Of a stretch of DNA of 64,000 nucleotides, positions 20,956 to 31,325 are shown one piece after another. Under the pieces are notes generated by a model that was not told where the DNA came from, did not search any database, and saw only the letters and a program-made list of their open reading frames with translations. The DNA is from an uncultured Nitrospinaceae bacterium (GTDB taxonomy: Bacteria; UBA8248), in contig CAXFSR010000060.1 in the NCBI GenBank assembly GCA_964005815.1, positions 1,257-65,256 on the forward strand, read 5' to 3'. Both the position numbers and the translations under genes were made by a program. Position 1 is the stretch's first letter; every line of letters starts with the position of its first letter.

Positions 20956-21335
20956 GCATAAAAGTATCCTACTAATAAAACTAAAATGAATAACATCATT
21001 TCGACAAAACCAAATAAACCTAAAGCATCATACTTAACTGCCCAAGGGAAAAGAAAAAGAGCTTCTACATCAAATAATAAAAACAAAATCCCTAATAGAT
21101 AGAAGCGTACAGAGAACCTTTCATTCGCCTCCATTAATGGAGGAGAACCACATTCATATGCTGATAATTTCTCTGGATCTGGATTATTGGGTCTAATTAA
21201 TAGAGCAATTAATAATGTTATGCCTGCAAACGCAAAAGCGAACATTACAAAAATAAAAATAGGCAAATAACCATTAATGAGTTGATAATCTCTAAAAAAC
21301 ACACTTAGAAATTCTGGCACAACAAAATCTTCCAA
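20925..21335 (-). CDS. nuoA: NADH-quinone oxidoreductase subunit A (copy 1)
   Basis: 136 aa. YECG motif, 3 TM helices. Overlaps the nuoB start. Confidence 0.85.
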   Translation of the reverse strand: MEDFVVPEFLSVFFRDYQLINGYLPIFIFVMFAFAFAGITLLIALLIRPNNPDPEKLSAYECGSPPLMEANERFSVRFYLLGILFLLFDVEALFLFPWAVKYDALGLFGFVEMMLFILVLLVGYFYAWKKGALEWA

Positions 21336-21427
21336 AAAAATAAAAAAATCGTTTGTAAAAAAGTTCAGAATTAAAATCTACAAAAATTTTTATACCATGC
21401 TATTGATTCTAAACCAAGTCCAAGCTA

Positions 21428-22912
21428 TCAATTCAAGGAAATATTTGAGCTCAAGGCAAAATCCAAAAAGAAAGATGGAAAGACGCCTAAACTCAATGTT
21501 CCAATTACACATATAACTAATGCAACTACAGCATAAGATAATCTAGACCCCCATACAAATATGAACTGCTCTTTTTTTACATCTTCTACAGGGTCATTCA
21601 TATACATTACAACAATTACTCTTAAATAATAAAATACCGAAACTACGCTATTTAAAACAGCAATAATAGCGAGCCAAACAAAGTCTGACTTTATAGCAGC
21701 GCTAAAAATATAAAATTTTGCAACAAATCCACCTGTTGGAGGAATTCCCGCCAATGCAATCATAAAGATTGCCATGGATAATGCTAATCCTGGTCGAGTT
21801 AAACCTAACCCAGAGAATTCTTCTATAAGTATTCTTTCTTTTCCATCTTCCTTTTTCGCAAGCATTACGACAGCAAATGCGCCTATATTCATAAATGTGT
21901 AAACAAATACATAGAAGAGAAAACTAGCAGAGGATAAGGTCCCAGCTTGTTTAATTGTGACTAATGCAATGAGTAAATAACCAGCATGGGCAATACTGGA
22001 ATAAGCAAGCATTCTTTTAATATTTGTCTGCCATATAGCTACAAGATTTCCTAAAGTCATAGTTAATACTGCAATTATCCATATTGTTATCTCAATTTTA
22101 TTGGCAGAAAAACCAGAGGAGGCAATAAAAACACGGAACAGCGCTGCAAATGCGGCTACTTTTGGACCTACAGACATAAAAGCAGTAGCAACAGTAGGAG
22201 AGCCTTGATATACATCCGGAGTCCACATATAAAATGGGAAAGCTCCTATTTTAAATCCAAAACCAACAATAATAAGACTGAGCCCCAAAAAGAACACTAA
22301 CTTTTGGGAAGAAACTTCATATAATTTGATAATTTCAAAAAGATCTGTAGACCCTGTTGATCCATAAATAAGCGCTATACCAAAAAGTAAAAATCCCGAA
22401 GCAAAAGAACCTAACAGAAAGTACTTCAAAGAAGCTTCATTTCCAATAGAACTAGAACGGAAAAAACCAGCTAGGACATAGAGGGAAAGTGAAAAAATCT
22501 CTAGAGCAATAAAAATCATTACAAGATTTCTTGTCGATACCATAAGCATCATTCCTAGTGTTGCAAAAAGTATCAGCCCTAAAAAATCCCCATATGAGTT
22601 TTCTTCAAATTTTCTCTCCATCGAAGAAATTAAAACAACTAAAAAACTTGAAAAAAGAATTATAAGAAAAAGAGTTCTTGTAAAACCATCAAACAAATAC
22701 ATTCCGCCAAAAGAAATTTTGGTGGTTTCCGGACTTGAAAGCAAACATGAGACAAATGTGGTCAACAAAACTATAATAGACAACCAAAACGTGATTTTTC
22801 GATTTTTATCAGAGGTAAAAATATCGAAAAGTAGAACCATGACAGCGCCAAAAGTTAGAATTGGTATAGGTAGAAAGCTTTTCCAAAAAATTACAGGAAA
22901 AATAAATTCCAT
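21428..22912 (-). CDS. nuoN: NADH-quinone oxidoreductase subunit N (copy 2)
   Basis: 494 aa. Last gene of the upstream 14-gene nuo operon. Only 92 nt separate it from nuoA of copy 1. Confidence 0.9.
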   Translation of the reverse strand: MEFIFPVIFWKSFLPIPILTFGAVMVLLFDIFTSDKNRKITFWLSIIVLLTTFVSCLLSSPETTKISFGGMYLFDGFTRTLFLIILFSSFLVVLISSMERKFEENSYGDFLGLILFATLGMMLMVSTRNLVMIFIALEIFSLSLYVLAGFFRSSSIGNEASLKYFLLGSFASGFLLFGIALIYGSTGSTDLFEIIKLYEVSSQKLVFFLGLSLIIVGFGFKIGAFPFYMWTPDVYQGSPTVATAFMSVGPKVAAFAALFRVFIASSGFSANKIEITIWIIAVLTMTLGNLVAIWQTNIKRMLAYSSIAHAGYLLIALVTIKQAGTLSSASFLFYVFVYTFMNIGAFAVVMLAKKEDGKERILIEEFSGLGLTRPGLALSMAIFMIALAGIPPTGGFVAKFYIFSAAIKSDFVWLAIIAVLNSVVSVFYYLRVIVVMYMNDPVEDVKKEQFIFVWGSRLSYAVVALVICVIGTLSLGVFPSFFLDFALSSNISLN

Positions 22913-24462
22913 TACTGACCTCCTCTAGTAGTAATTGAAGATGAAACTAGTCGAGGTTTAATATTTTTTGTCTCTTTTGCAACAAGTTTGCGCCCTTTAA
23001 TTTTAAGAAGCAAAGATTTTGTAGAAGGTTCGATTATCTTAAGTATTGGCTTTGGATAAATACCTAACAAAAAAACTAAGAAAATCATCGGCACCAACAC
23101 AAACCATTCGCGAAGATTTAGGTCAGTTAAAATCTTATTAGCTTCTATTCTTATTTTTCCAAATATCACCTTCTGCACCATGGGCAACATGTAGACAGCG
23201 GAAAGAACAACACCAATAGTTGCTATTATCGTGGGGATAAAGTGTGATTGGAAAGAGCCAGACAAAATGGCAAATTCTCCTACAAAACCGTTTAATCCAG
23301 GAAGTCCAATACTACTGAAAACAGTAATCACAAAAAAAACAGAAAAAGCAGGCATCACTTTTGCGATCCCACCAAAATCATCTATCAAACGTGTATGTCT
23401 TCTTCTATAGAGCATGCCAACCATCAAGAAAAGTAGTCCGCTACAAATACCATGGTTGACCATCTGCAAAACACTTCCACCAAGAGCTAAGAGATTAAAT
23501 GAAAAAAGCCCGAACATAACAAATCCTAAATGACTTATAGAGGAATAGGCTACAAGTTTTTTTGCATCCCTTTGAATCATAGCCATCAATCCACCATAAA
23601 TAATGCCAACCAACGAAAGAAAAACAAAAAGAGGTGAAAACACAATAGCAGCTTCGGGAAAAAGTGGAATTGCTAGTCTTATGAAACCGTAAGTACCCAT
23701 TTTCAAAAGAACACCAGCAAGAATTACACTCCCTGCTGTTGGCGCCTCTACATGTGCATCAGGCAACCAGGTATGAAAAGGGAACATTGGCACCTTGATT
23801 GCAAAAGCTATTGCAAACGCAACAAAAAGCCATGTCTGGAGTAAAGGGTCAACAGGAGAATTTAAGAAAACTAAAATATTAAAAGTCCCAACACCAGTTG
23901 CAAAATATAGCCATAAAATTGCAATAAGCATCAAAACACTTCCGGCCATTGTATATAGGAAAAATTTCATTGCAGAGTAAATTCTTTTCTTCCCACCCCA
24001 AATTCCAATAATGAAATACATTGGAATTAGCATAGCTTCCCAGAACACATAAAAAAGAAAAAAATCTAAAGAAACAAAAACACCTAACATCGCGGTTTCA
24101 AGAAGAAGCATAGAGAAATAATACAAACGAATGCGTTTCTTGATATCATCCCAAGAAAACAACAAGACTATTGGAGTTAAAAAAGTCGTAAGTAGAATTA
24201 ACGGGAGACTAATTCCATCCAACCCAACTCTATAAGAAACCCCCATAGAATCTATCCATTTAAAATTCTCTACAAATTGCATTTCTGGAGATGATTGAAA
24301 ATTTACAAAAATTACCAATGAAAAAAGAAAAGAAACTAGACTAGAAATTATCGCAATAAGAAAAATTTTTTTACATTGCTTTTCGTTTTTATCCCCAAAA
24401 AACAAAATAAAAAAAGCACCAATTAAGGGAGAAAAAACCATCCAGCTAATAACAGGAAACAA
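22912..24462 (-). CDS. nuoM: NADH-quinone oxidoreductase subunit M (copy 2)
   Basis: 516 aa. WLPDAHVEAPTAGSVILAG motif. Confidence 0.9.
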   Translation of the reverse strand: MFPVISWMVFSPLIGAFFILFFGDKNEKQCKKIFLIAIISSLVSFLFSLVIFVNFQSSPEMQFVENFKWIDSMGVSYRVGLDGISLPLILLTTFLTPIVLLFSWDDIKKRIRLYYFSMLLLETAMLGVFVSLDFFLFYVFWEAMLIPMYFIIGIWGGKKRIYSAMKFFLYTMAGSVLMLIAILWLYFATGVGTFNILVFLNSPVDPLLQTWLFVAFAIAFAIKVPMFPFHTWLPDAHVEAPTAGSVILAGVLLKMGTYGFIRLAIPLFPEAAIVFSPLFVFLSLVGIIYGGLMAMIQRDAKKLVAYSSISHLGFVMFGLFSFNLLALGGSVLQMVNHGICSGLLFLMVGMLYRRRHTRLIDDFGGIAKVMPAFSVFFVITVFSSIGLPGLNGFVGEFAILSGSFQSHFIPTIIATIGVVLSAVYMLPMVQKVIFGKIRIEANKILTDLNLREWFVLVPMIFLVFLLGIYPKPILKIIEPSTKSLLLKIKGRKLVAKETKNIKPRLVSSSITTRGGQ

Positions 24463-24475
24463 GACAAAACCCTTT

Positions 24476-26404
24476 TTAAAATCTATTTGAAAAATTAAAA
24501 ACCATCAATAAAATAATACACACTAAGCCAAACAAAATAGATACTGCATATGTTTTAACGTATCCATCTTGTAAAAAACGCAGCGTTAATCCTAGAGACT
24601 TAACCAATCGACCAGTACCATTCACTGTTGCATCAATTACGTTTTGCTCAAAAAGCTTGAAAAACAAACTTGCAATAGTTCTTAATGGACGTACCAGAAT
24701 GAAATCATAAATTTCATCAATATAATATTTATTTTCAAGAAGAGAATAAATACTTACATTGAGTGTTGATGTACTAGGAAGAATTTGTCGTTTTTTGCAA
24801 CAGGTTTGATAAGCTAGGAAAATACCTAATAAAGCAACACCAAGAGATAAAAACATTAAGACAAGTTCTAAAGTTAAATTATGATGTAGTTCCACCGAAC
24901 CTGATGGACTCAATGCTGAGGAAAGAAATTCAGCAAAAACATTTCCCCCTGATATAATTGGGATACCTACCCATCCTCCCACAATAGAGAAAAAAGCAAG
25001 AACAAATAATGGGAAAATCATAATCGGTGGCGATTCGTGTACATGTATTTTATTTTCGTTGAAATTTTTATCTCCATAAAAAACCTTAAATACCAGTCTA
25101 AAGGTATAGTAAGAAGTCATTAAAGCACCTAATATCCCCGCAAACCAAAAAAGATTAGAGAAAGAACCACTTGTAAAAGCGGAAAACAAAATTGCATCCT
25201 TACTAAAAAATCCTGCTAAAGGAAAAACTCCTGAAATTGCCAGAGAACCAATCAAGAAAACAAAACTAGTTTTGGGGATATCAGATTTTATTCCCCCCAT
25301 TTTTTCAATATCTTGTTCCCCATCCATTGCATGAATTACACTTCCCGCACCAAGAAAAAGCAAAGCCTTAAAAAAAGCATGAGTCATAAGATGAAACATT
25401 GCTGTTGCATAAGCTCCAAGACCGCAAGCTAAAAACATATAGCCTAGCTGACTTAAAGTACTGTATGCTAAAATTTTTTTAATATCTTTCTGAACCAGTG
25501 CAATAGAAGCCGCAAATAATAAAGTGAAAGTTCCTATAATCGCTATGATCATAAGAGTCGATGGCGCAAGGCTAAACAGAACATCGTTTCGAACAAGCAA
25601 ATAAATCCCTGCAGTTACCATAGTTGCCGCGTGTATGAGAGCACTTACAGGCGTAGGACCCTCCATGGCATCCGGAAGCCATACATGAAGTGGAAACTGT
25701 GCACTTTTTCCAGCTGCTCCCAAAAATAAAAAGAGACATAATAAATTTACATTAAGGCTATCTTTGACGAATAGTTCGGATGCACTTTTAGAAATATCTG
25801 TAAAATCAAATGTTCCAAAGACAGTTAGAATATAAAATAAGGCAATAAGAAAACAGAAATCTCCAACTCTATTTACTATGAATGCTTTTTTCCCAGCCTC
25901 TGTAGCAGAAGGTTTTTCATACCAAAACCCGATAAGTAAATAACTACACAAACCTACTGCTTCCCAACCAACAAACATCAATAAAAAATTATCAGCCAAC
26001 ACTAGTAATAACATAGAAAAAGAAAAAAGATTCAAATAAATGAAATAACGAACAATACCCAAATCTTCACGCATGTATGCGACAGAATAAATATGAACCA
26101 TGAATCCGACACCAGTAATAATTAAAGTCATAATAGAAGATATCGGATCAATCACAAATCCAATTTTAATTATCAAATTCCCAATAGGGATCCAATTAAA
26201 AAGAAATATAGAAACGATTCTATCTTGCGGACTTTGGGATAAAAAACTAAAGAATAGAAATAGAGAAACTAGAAACGATAACAATATTGCTGTGGAAGCT
26301 ATCCAACCAGATAATGACTCTTTTTTCCCTTTCCCCAACAACAGAAGATTTGCGAACAAACCCAAAAGCGGGAAAAAAAGTATCAAGAGAATTAATTTGC
26401 TCAT
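24476..26404 (-). CDS. nuoL: NADH-quinone oxidoreductase subunit L (copy 2)
   Basis: 642 aa. WLPDAMEGPTPVSALIHAATMVTAG motif. Confidence 0.9.
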   Translation of the reverse strand: MSKLILLILFFPLLGLFANLLLLGKGKKESLSGWIASTAILLSFLVSLFLFFSFLSQSPQDRIVSIFLFNWIPIGNLIIKIGFVIDPISSIMTLIITGVGFMVHIYSVAYMREDLGIVRYFIYLNLFSFSMLLLVLADNFLLMFVGWEAVGLCSYLLIGFWYEKPSATEAGKKAFIVNRVGDFCFLIALFYILTVFGTFDFTDISKSASELFVKDSLNVNLLCLFLFLGAAGKSAQFPLHVWLPDAMEGPTPVSALIHAATMVTAGIYLLVRNDVLFSLAPSTLMIIAIIGTFTLLFAASIALVQKDIKKILAYSTLSQLGYMFLACGLGAYATAMFHLMTHAFFKALLFLGAGSVIHAMDGEQDIEKMGGIKSDIPKTSFVFLIGSLAISGVFPLAGFFSKDAILFSAFTSGSFSNLFWFAGILGALMTSYYTFRLVFKVFYGDKNFNENKIHVHESPPIMIFPLFVLAFFSIVGGWVGIPIISGGNVFAEFLSSALSPSGSVELHHNLTLELVLMFLSLGVALLGIFLAYQTCCKKRQILPSTSTLNVSIYSLLENKYYIDEIYDFILVRPLRTIASLFFKLFEQNVIDATVNGTGRLVKSLGLTLRFLQDGYVKTYAVSILFGLVCIILLMVFNFSNRF

Positions 26405-26405
26405 A

Positions 26406-26708
26406 TTAAAATTTCAACAAATTGACTTCGTCAAGGTCAGTAGATTCTCGATTCCTGTATATCATTACAACAATCGCCAAACCTATCGCCGCTTCTGCAG
26501 CAGCTACAGCCATAACAAAAAAAACAATTAGTTGTCCATCCATAGAATTTAAAAAATATCCATAACTAACAAAGGCAAGATTTGCACCACTCATCATAAG
26601 TTCAATACATAAAATAACAACTATTACACTCCGTCTTACAATTACGCCAATAACACCCAACGTAAAAAGAATTGAACTAAGAAAAAGATAATTTTCTAAA
26701 GGTACCAT
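26406..26708 (-). CDS. nuoK: NADH-quinone oxidoreductase subunit K (copy 2)
   Basis: 100 aa NuoK. Confidence 0.9.
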   Translation of the reverse strand: MVPLENYLFLSSILFTLGVIGVIVRRSVIVVILCIELMMSGANLAFVSYGYFLNSMDGQLIVFFVMAVAAAEAAIGLAIVVMIYRNRESTDLDEVNLLKF

Positions 26709-26725
26709 ACGTCTTCATCCCAAAA

Positions 26726-27244
26726 TTAACGACTTTTTTTTCTTCCTAAAACAACTGCTCCAATGATGCCGACAAAAAGAAGGACTCCCATTGTTTGAAA
26801 TGGCAAAAGATATTTCGATAGCAAAAACTGTCCTATTAACTGTGTGTTTCCAACTTCATTAATAAATTGCGGAGTGAAAACTCCCTTGATTTGAGGAGAA
26901 ATACTCATATCTTTCAAAACGATTATTAAGACCAAAAATACAAATAAACCAAAAACAATCCCCAGTAGTTTCTGGAAAGGAATTTTTAAATCCTTTTTTT
27001 CCTCTTTGTCTAAATTTATAAGCATAATGACGAATAAGAAAAGCATCATTATTGCACTTGCATAAACAATAATTTGAACTATCGCAACAAATTGGGCGTT
27101 TAAAGATAAGAATAATCCAGCAAGACCAAGGAAAGTTACTATCAAACTAAAAACACAATACATGGGATTAGGCAAAGCAACAACTGAAACTGCGCCGACT
27201 GTGGTTACTATTGCCAAGAAATAAAAAACTAAAGTTGATGCCAT
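26726..27244 (-). CDS. nuoJ: NADH-quinone oxidoreductase subunit J (copy 2)
   Basis: 172 aa NuoJ. Confidence 0.85.
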   Translation of the reverse strand: MASTLVFYFLAIVTTVGAVSVVALPNPMYCVFSLIVTFLGLAGLFLSLNAQFVAIVQIIVYASAIMMLFLFVIMLINLDKEEKKDLKIPFQKLLGIVFGLFVFLVLIIVLKDMSISPQIKGVFTPQFINEVGNTQLIGQFLLSKYLLPFQTMGVLLFVGIIGAVVLGRKKSR

Positions 27245-27256
27245 AAATCATAAACC

Positions 27257-27736
27257 TTATAAATAGGTAAGAAGTTTTTCTTCAGGATAGCGGTTTTTTA
27301 ATTCAGGATAATCTTCGTTCCGTTTTACTAAAAAATCTTCTTTTTCATATAAAAATTTACTTCTGTCATCCGCACAAAATTCGTATTCATTGCTAAGAAC
27401 AATTGCACCAACCGGACATGCTTCTTCACAATATCCACAAAAAATACATCTCAGTTCATTGATCTCATAAACAGAAGCATACCGCTCTCCTTTAGAAACA
27501 GGGGAACTAGACTCATTCTCTTCAGACTCAACATAAATACAATCTACTGGACAAGCTGCAGAACAAAGTTTACATCCTACACAACGTTCAAGACCGTCTT
27601 CCCATCGAAGTAATTTGTGTAAACCTCTATATCCTATTGGCATACTTTCTTTTTGCTCTGGATATTGAACAGTCTCACGGCTTTTCCAGGAATGTTTCAG
27701 AGTAAGCCAAAGACCTCTAAAAATAGCAGTAAACAT
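27257..27736 (-). CDS. nuoI: NADH-quinone oxidoreductase subunit I (2x[4Fe-4S] ferredoxin subunit)
   Basis: 159 aa. Two CxxCxxCxxxCP motifs (CVGCKLCSAACP, CIFCGYCEEACP). This is the only nuoI in the 24-gene array. Confidence 0.9.
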   Translation of the reverse strand: MFTAIFRGLWLTLKHSWKSRETVQYPEQKESMPIGYRGLHKLLRWEDGLERCVGCKLCSAACPVDCIYVESEENESSSPVSKGERYASVYEINELRCIFCGYCEEACPVGAIVLSNEYEFCADDRSKFLYEKEDFLVKRNEDYPELKNRYPEEKLLTYL

Positions 27737-27760
27737 TGAAATCCCTCTATTTTCTGAAAT

Positions 27761-28744
27761 TTACAAATTAAAAAAAGTAATAGCTCCTGCAGTTACTATC
27801 GCATTTAAAATCGAGACAGGAAGTAAAATCTTCCAACCAAAATCCATCAATTGATCGTATCTCAATCTTGGCGTAGTTGCTCTTAACCACATAAAGAAAA
27901 ACATGAAAGCAATTACCTTTATTAAAAACCAAACAACTGGAGGCAAAAACGGACCTCTCCATCCTCCCAAAAAGAAAGTAGCACCAACTGCTGAAAGAGT
28001 AATCATATTGCAGTATTCAGCAAGAAAATATACTGCAAAATGCATACTACTATACTCAGTGTGAAAGCCTCCTGTTAATTCACTTTCAGCCTCAGGCAAA
28101 TCAAATGGAGCACGATTCGTCTCTGCTAACATACAAATCACAAACAAAACAAATCCAAGAGGCTGTAAAATAATGAAAGGTAATTCAGATTGTGCATCAA
28201 CAATTCCTTTCAAACTTAATGTTTCAGATAACATCACTACACCAAGAAGTGACAATCCTAATGACAATTCATAACTAATTAGCTGGGCTGCAGAACGAAG
28301 TCCCCCAAGCAAAGGGTATTTACTATTAGAAGACCAGGAACCAAGAACAATTCCGTATACACCCAGTCCACTTAGAGCAAAAATATATAGTATGCCAATA
28401 TTTACATCAGCCAAAAACAAATCAATCTGATAGCCAAAAATCTCAACCTGATCTCCAAACGGAATAACTGCAATAGAAGATAACGCTGGAATAAGCGTCA
28501 GAGTAGGAGCTAAAATAAAAACAATTTTATTTGCATCTGCCGGAATCAAAGTTTCTTTGAACATTAGTTTTATTCCATCCGCAATTGGCTGCAGTAGACC
28601 CGCAGGACCAACCCGATTTGGTCCTACTCGAACTTGAACTAAGGCAAAAACTCTCCTTTCCATCCAAGTCATATACGCCGCAAGAATTAACAAGACAGTA
28701 AAAACTACAATCACTTTTATTAAAATTACACCGGCAATCGCCAT
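27761..28744 (-). CDS. nuoH: NADH-quinone oxidoreductase subunit H (copy 2)
   Basis: 327 aa NuoH with [12 protein letters not shown] motif. Confidence 0.9.
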   Translation of the reverse strand: MAIAGVILIKVIVVFTVLLILAAYMTWMERRVFALVQVRVGPNRVGPAGLLQPIADGIKLMFKETLIPADANKIVFILAPTLTLIPALSSIAVIPFGDQVEIFGYQIDLFLADVNIGILYIFALSGLGVYGIVLGSWSSNSKYPLLGGLRSAAQLISYELSLGLSLLGVVMLSETLSLKGIVDAQSELPFIILQPLGFVLFVICMLAETNRAPFDLPEAESELTGGFHTEYSSMHFAVYFLAEYCNMITLSAVGATFFLGGWRGPFLPPVVWFLIKVIAFMFFFMWLRATTPRLRYDQLMDFGWKILLPVSILNAIVTAGAITFFNL

Positions 28745-28756
28745 TTTTTTAAATCC

Positions 28757-31300
28757 CTATAAATTTTCTTTTTTTTCTTCTAAGAGCAAAGAAAACTCTC
28801 CATTATTTAACAAACTATCATTGTATATTTTCAAAAATCCTTCTGGAGCGAAAACTAGACCAGAAGGAATAGATGGATCAATTTCGACCGGCAATTTTAA
28901 AATTTTCTCTCCAACTTTAAATTCGACTTCATCCCCATTCGAAATTCCAAGTATTTGTCCATCCGATTCACACATTCTTATACACGCATCTGGCATATCC
29001 CAAAGATGAAATGACGATGAAACATAAACACCAGAAAGAGGCAAATTAGGAGTTAAGATTAATTTGATATCTTGTTCGTCCATCTGTTGCGGATTAGATA
29101 TTTCTGGAACTACAAACTGCCCTTCTTTTTCTTGCGATAAACAAATTCCATACTGTTTTGAACCTGTATAAACAAACTCATAATCATCTAAAGATTTAGA
29201 AATATCAATTTGTATTTTCTCTATAGAATTAGTTTTCATTGGAATTTCCATAGCCTTTGCAATTTCGCTAAATACTTTCCAAGCTTCTTTCCCAAATAAA
29301 CCATTAACAGGTTTAATAGCTCTTCTATTCCTTAAAACTCTTCTCTCTATATTTGTATAAGAACCATTTTCTTCATAAGAGGTTAACGATGGCAGAACTA
29401 CATCTGCAAAAGGGACCGTAGCATTTACATGCGTAGCGTGAACAACGACGAAACAGGAAGATTCCATAGCCTGCCGAACTAATTTTCCATTAGGATGTTC
29501 GGAAACAGGATCACAATCCATCAAATATAAGGAAGAAATTTTCCCAGCTAAAATAGAATCAAAAACTTCTTCACTTCTTTTAAATTCGACGTTTTCTTTA
29601 TGTATACCTTTTGCAGAAGAAGAAATCATCATATCAAATGCGCCCTGAAGATTTGGAGGCACACTTGCAAAAAAGAAATTACAGTCAAGAATTTTAGCGA
29701 GATTCAATATCTCTGAATTTAGAGAGAGACTTTGGATAAAAGGTCCAATGACGAAGGTAAGATTATCTTTATTTGTTATTAATCTAGTCGTAATTTCCTC
29801 TAAGAGCGACATCTCCATTTCAGTTTCATCCGTATTTTCATCAGAAATCCTTTTCAGAAATTCATCTAGCCCATCAAATCCTTTTGGATTATTTCCATTG
29901 CTAAAATTAGACACTCCATCTGGAAAGAGTTTTCTAGAGACAATCTTTTGAATTGCTTTAATGAAATTAATCTCTTGACCTATTGAAGGAATAAAATGAG
30001 ACATTCTACTATTTAGACGCAAATCGATTTTTCTAGGATTAATACTATCTATAAAAGCGCCTTTTGAATGGGCTTTTCTTATCTGAAGAGCTAAAATTGG
30101 ATTTTCTAGAAAAGGATCAGAACCGAATAAAACAATTTGACTCGAATTTGACAAATCCGATAATGTAGCAAAACCACCGGTGTGACCGAACACAGAAGTT
30201 TGTGCAACCGTTTGAGAAAAATCACGTGGATGTATTCTACAATCTATTTGTTCGCTTTCTAAAACAGTTCGAAAGAATTTTTGGAACTGGTATGCAGCTT
30301 CATTACTTGAATAAGAACCACCCAAACCTGCAAACGAGTTCCCACCATTTATTTGTTTTAAAGAAATATACTTATCTGCTATATATTGAACTGCTTCACC
30401 CCAATTAACCTCTTTCAAAATACCGTCTACTTTAATCATTGGTTTGCTAATTCTGTTTTCAGCATGGACTCCACTCCAACCATACCGTGCAACATCACAT
30501 ATCCAGGTATCATTGACTTCTGGATTTTCAGAAGCTGTTACTCTTTTCAAAATACCCTCTTGCGACCAAACGCTTTGCTTACAACCAATACTACACAGAG
30601 TACACGAAGTATCGATATGTTCCATCTCCCATACTCTTGAAGTAAAACGATATTTGTTGTCAGTGAGAGCACCTACTGGACAAATATCAATTACATTTCC
30701 TGAAACTATACTAGAAAGAGGGAGATCCTCATAAATTCCTACTTCCGTTTTATCTCCTCTAAAAGCCCAACCAAATTCTTCACCACCATCAATTTCGGAA
30801 GTAAATCTTATACAGCGTGTACAATGAACACAACGATTCATTTCAGGTTTAATAAAGGGACTAATTTCTTTCTTAGGAAAGATTCTTCTGAGTTCTTGAG
30901 TACGACTTATTGCATTGGCATAAGACATTGTTTGGTCTTGCAACGGACACTCTCCACCCTGATCACATACAGGACAGTCCAAAGGATGATTTTTTAATAG
31001 AAATTCGAAAACACCCTTTTGAGCTTCATCTACCTTCGGTGTTTCAGAACTTACAACCATTCCTTCAGAAGGAAACGTTGCGCAGGAAGGCTGTAACTTG
31101 GGAATTGGTTTTCCATTTCCCGCATCTGTAATTTCTACTAAACATGCACGACACTGACCAACCACGGAAAGATTTTTGTGATAACAAAAATGAGGAATAT
31201 GTATACCCGCATCTAGGGCAGCTTGAATAATAGGCTCACCGTGTTTTGCCTTTAATTCTTTTCCATTAAAAATAAAATTTATTTTTGATTCCTGTGACAA
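28757..31300 (-). CDS. nuoG: NADH-quinone oxidoreductase subunit G
   Basis: 847 aa. N-terminal 2Fe-2S ferredoxin domain (CYHKNLSVVGQCRACLVEI), a 4Fe-4S/His-ligated cluster region and a molybdopterin-like domain. Confidence 0.9.
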   Translation of the reverse strand: MSQESKINFIFNGKELKAKHGEPIIQAALDAGIHIPHFCYHKNLSVVGQCRACLVEITDAGNGKPIPKLQPSCATFPSEGMVVSSETPKVDEAQKGVFEFLLKNHPLDCPVCDQGGECPLQDQTMSYANAISRTQELRRIFPKKEISPFIKPEMNRCVHCTRCIRFTSEIDGGEEFGWAFRGDKTEVGIYEDLPLSSIVSGNVIDICPVGALTDNKYRFTSRVWEMEHIDTSCTLCSIGCKQSVWSQEGILKRVTASENPEVNDTWICDVARYGWSGVHAENRISKPMIKVDGILKEVNWGEAVQYIADKYISLKQINGGNSFAGLGGSYSSNEAAYQFQKFFRTVLESEQIDCRIHPRDFSQTVAQTSVFGHTGGFATLSDLSNSSQIVLFGSDPFLENPILALQIRKAHSKGAFIDSINPRKIDLRLNSRMSHFIPSIGQEINFIKAIQKIVSRKLFPDGVSNFSNGNNPKGFDGLDEFLKRISDENTDETEMEMSLLEEITTRLITNKDNLTFVIGPFIQSLSLNSEILNLAKILDCNFFFASVPPNLQGAFDMMISSSAKGIHKENVEFKRSEEVFDSILAGKISSLYLMDCDPVSEHPNGKLVRQAMESSCFVVVHATHVNATVPFADVVLPSLTSYEENGSYTNIERRVLRNRRAIKPVNGLFGKEAWKVFSEIAKAMEIPMKTNSIEKIQIDISKSLDDYEFVYTGSKQYGICLSQEKEGQFVVPEISNPQQMDEQDIKLILTPNLPLSGVYVSSSFHLWDMPDACIRMCESDGQILGISNGDEVEFKVGEKILKLPVEIDPSIPSGLVFAPEGFLKIYNDSLLNNGEFSLLLEEKKENL

Positions 31301-31325
31301 ACTGAATCTCCAATACTAATTTTAA

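Noticed and set aside
17267-30734. Numerous 60-140 aa antisense or out-of-frame ORFs inside the nuo genes (for example 17197-17412, 20178-20411, 26100-26531, 30202-30734)
   Set aside because: They lie entirely within well-supported Nuo coding regions on the opposite strand or in other frames. They are low-complexity and have no motifs. I treat them as spurious.
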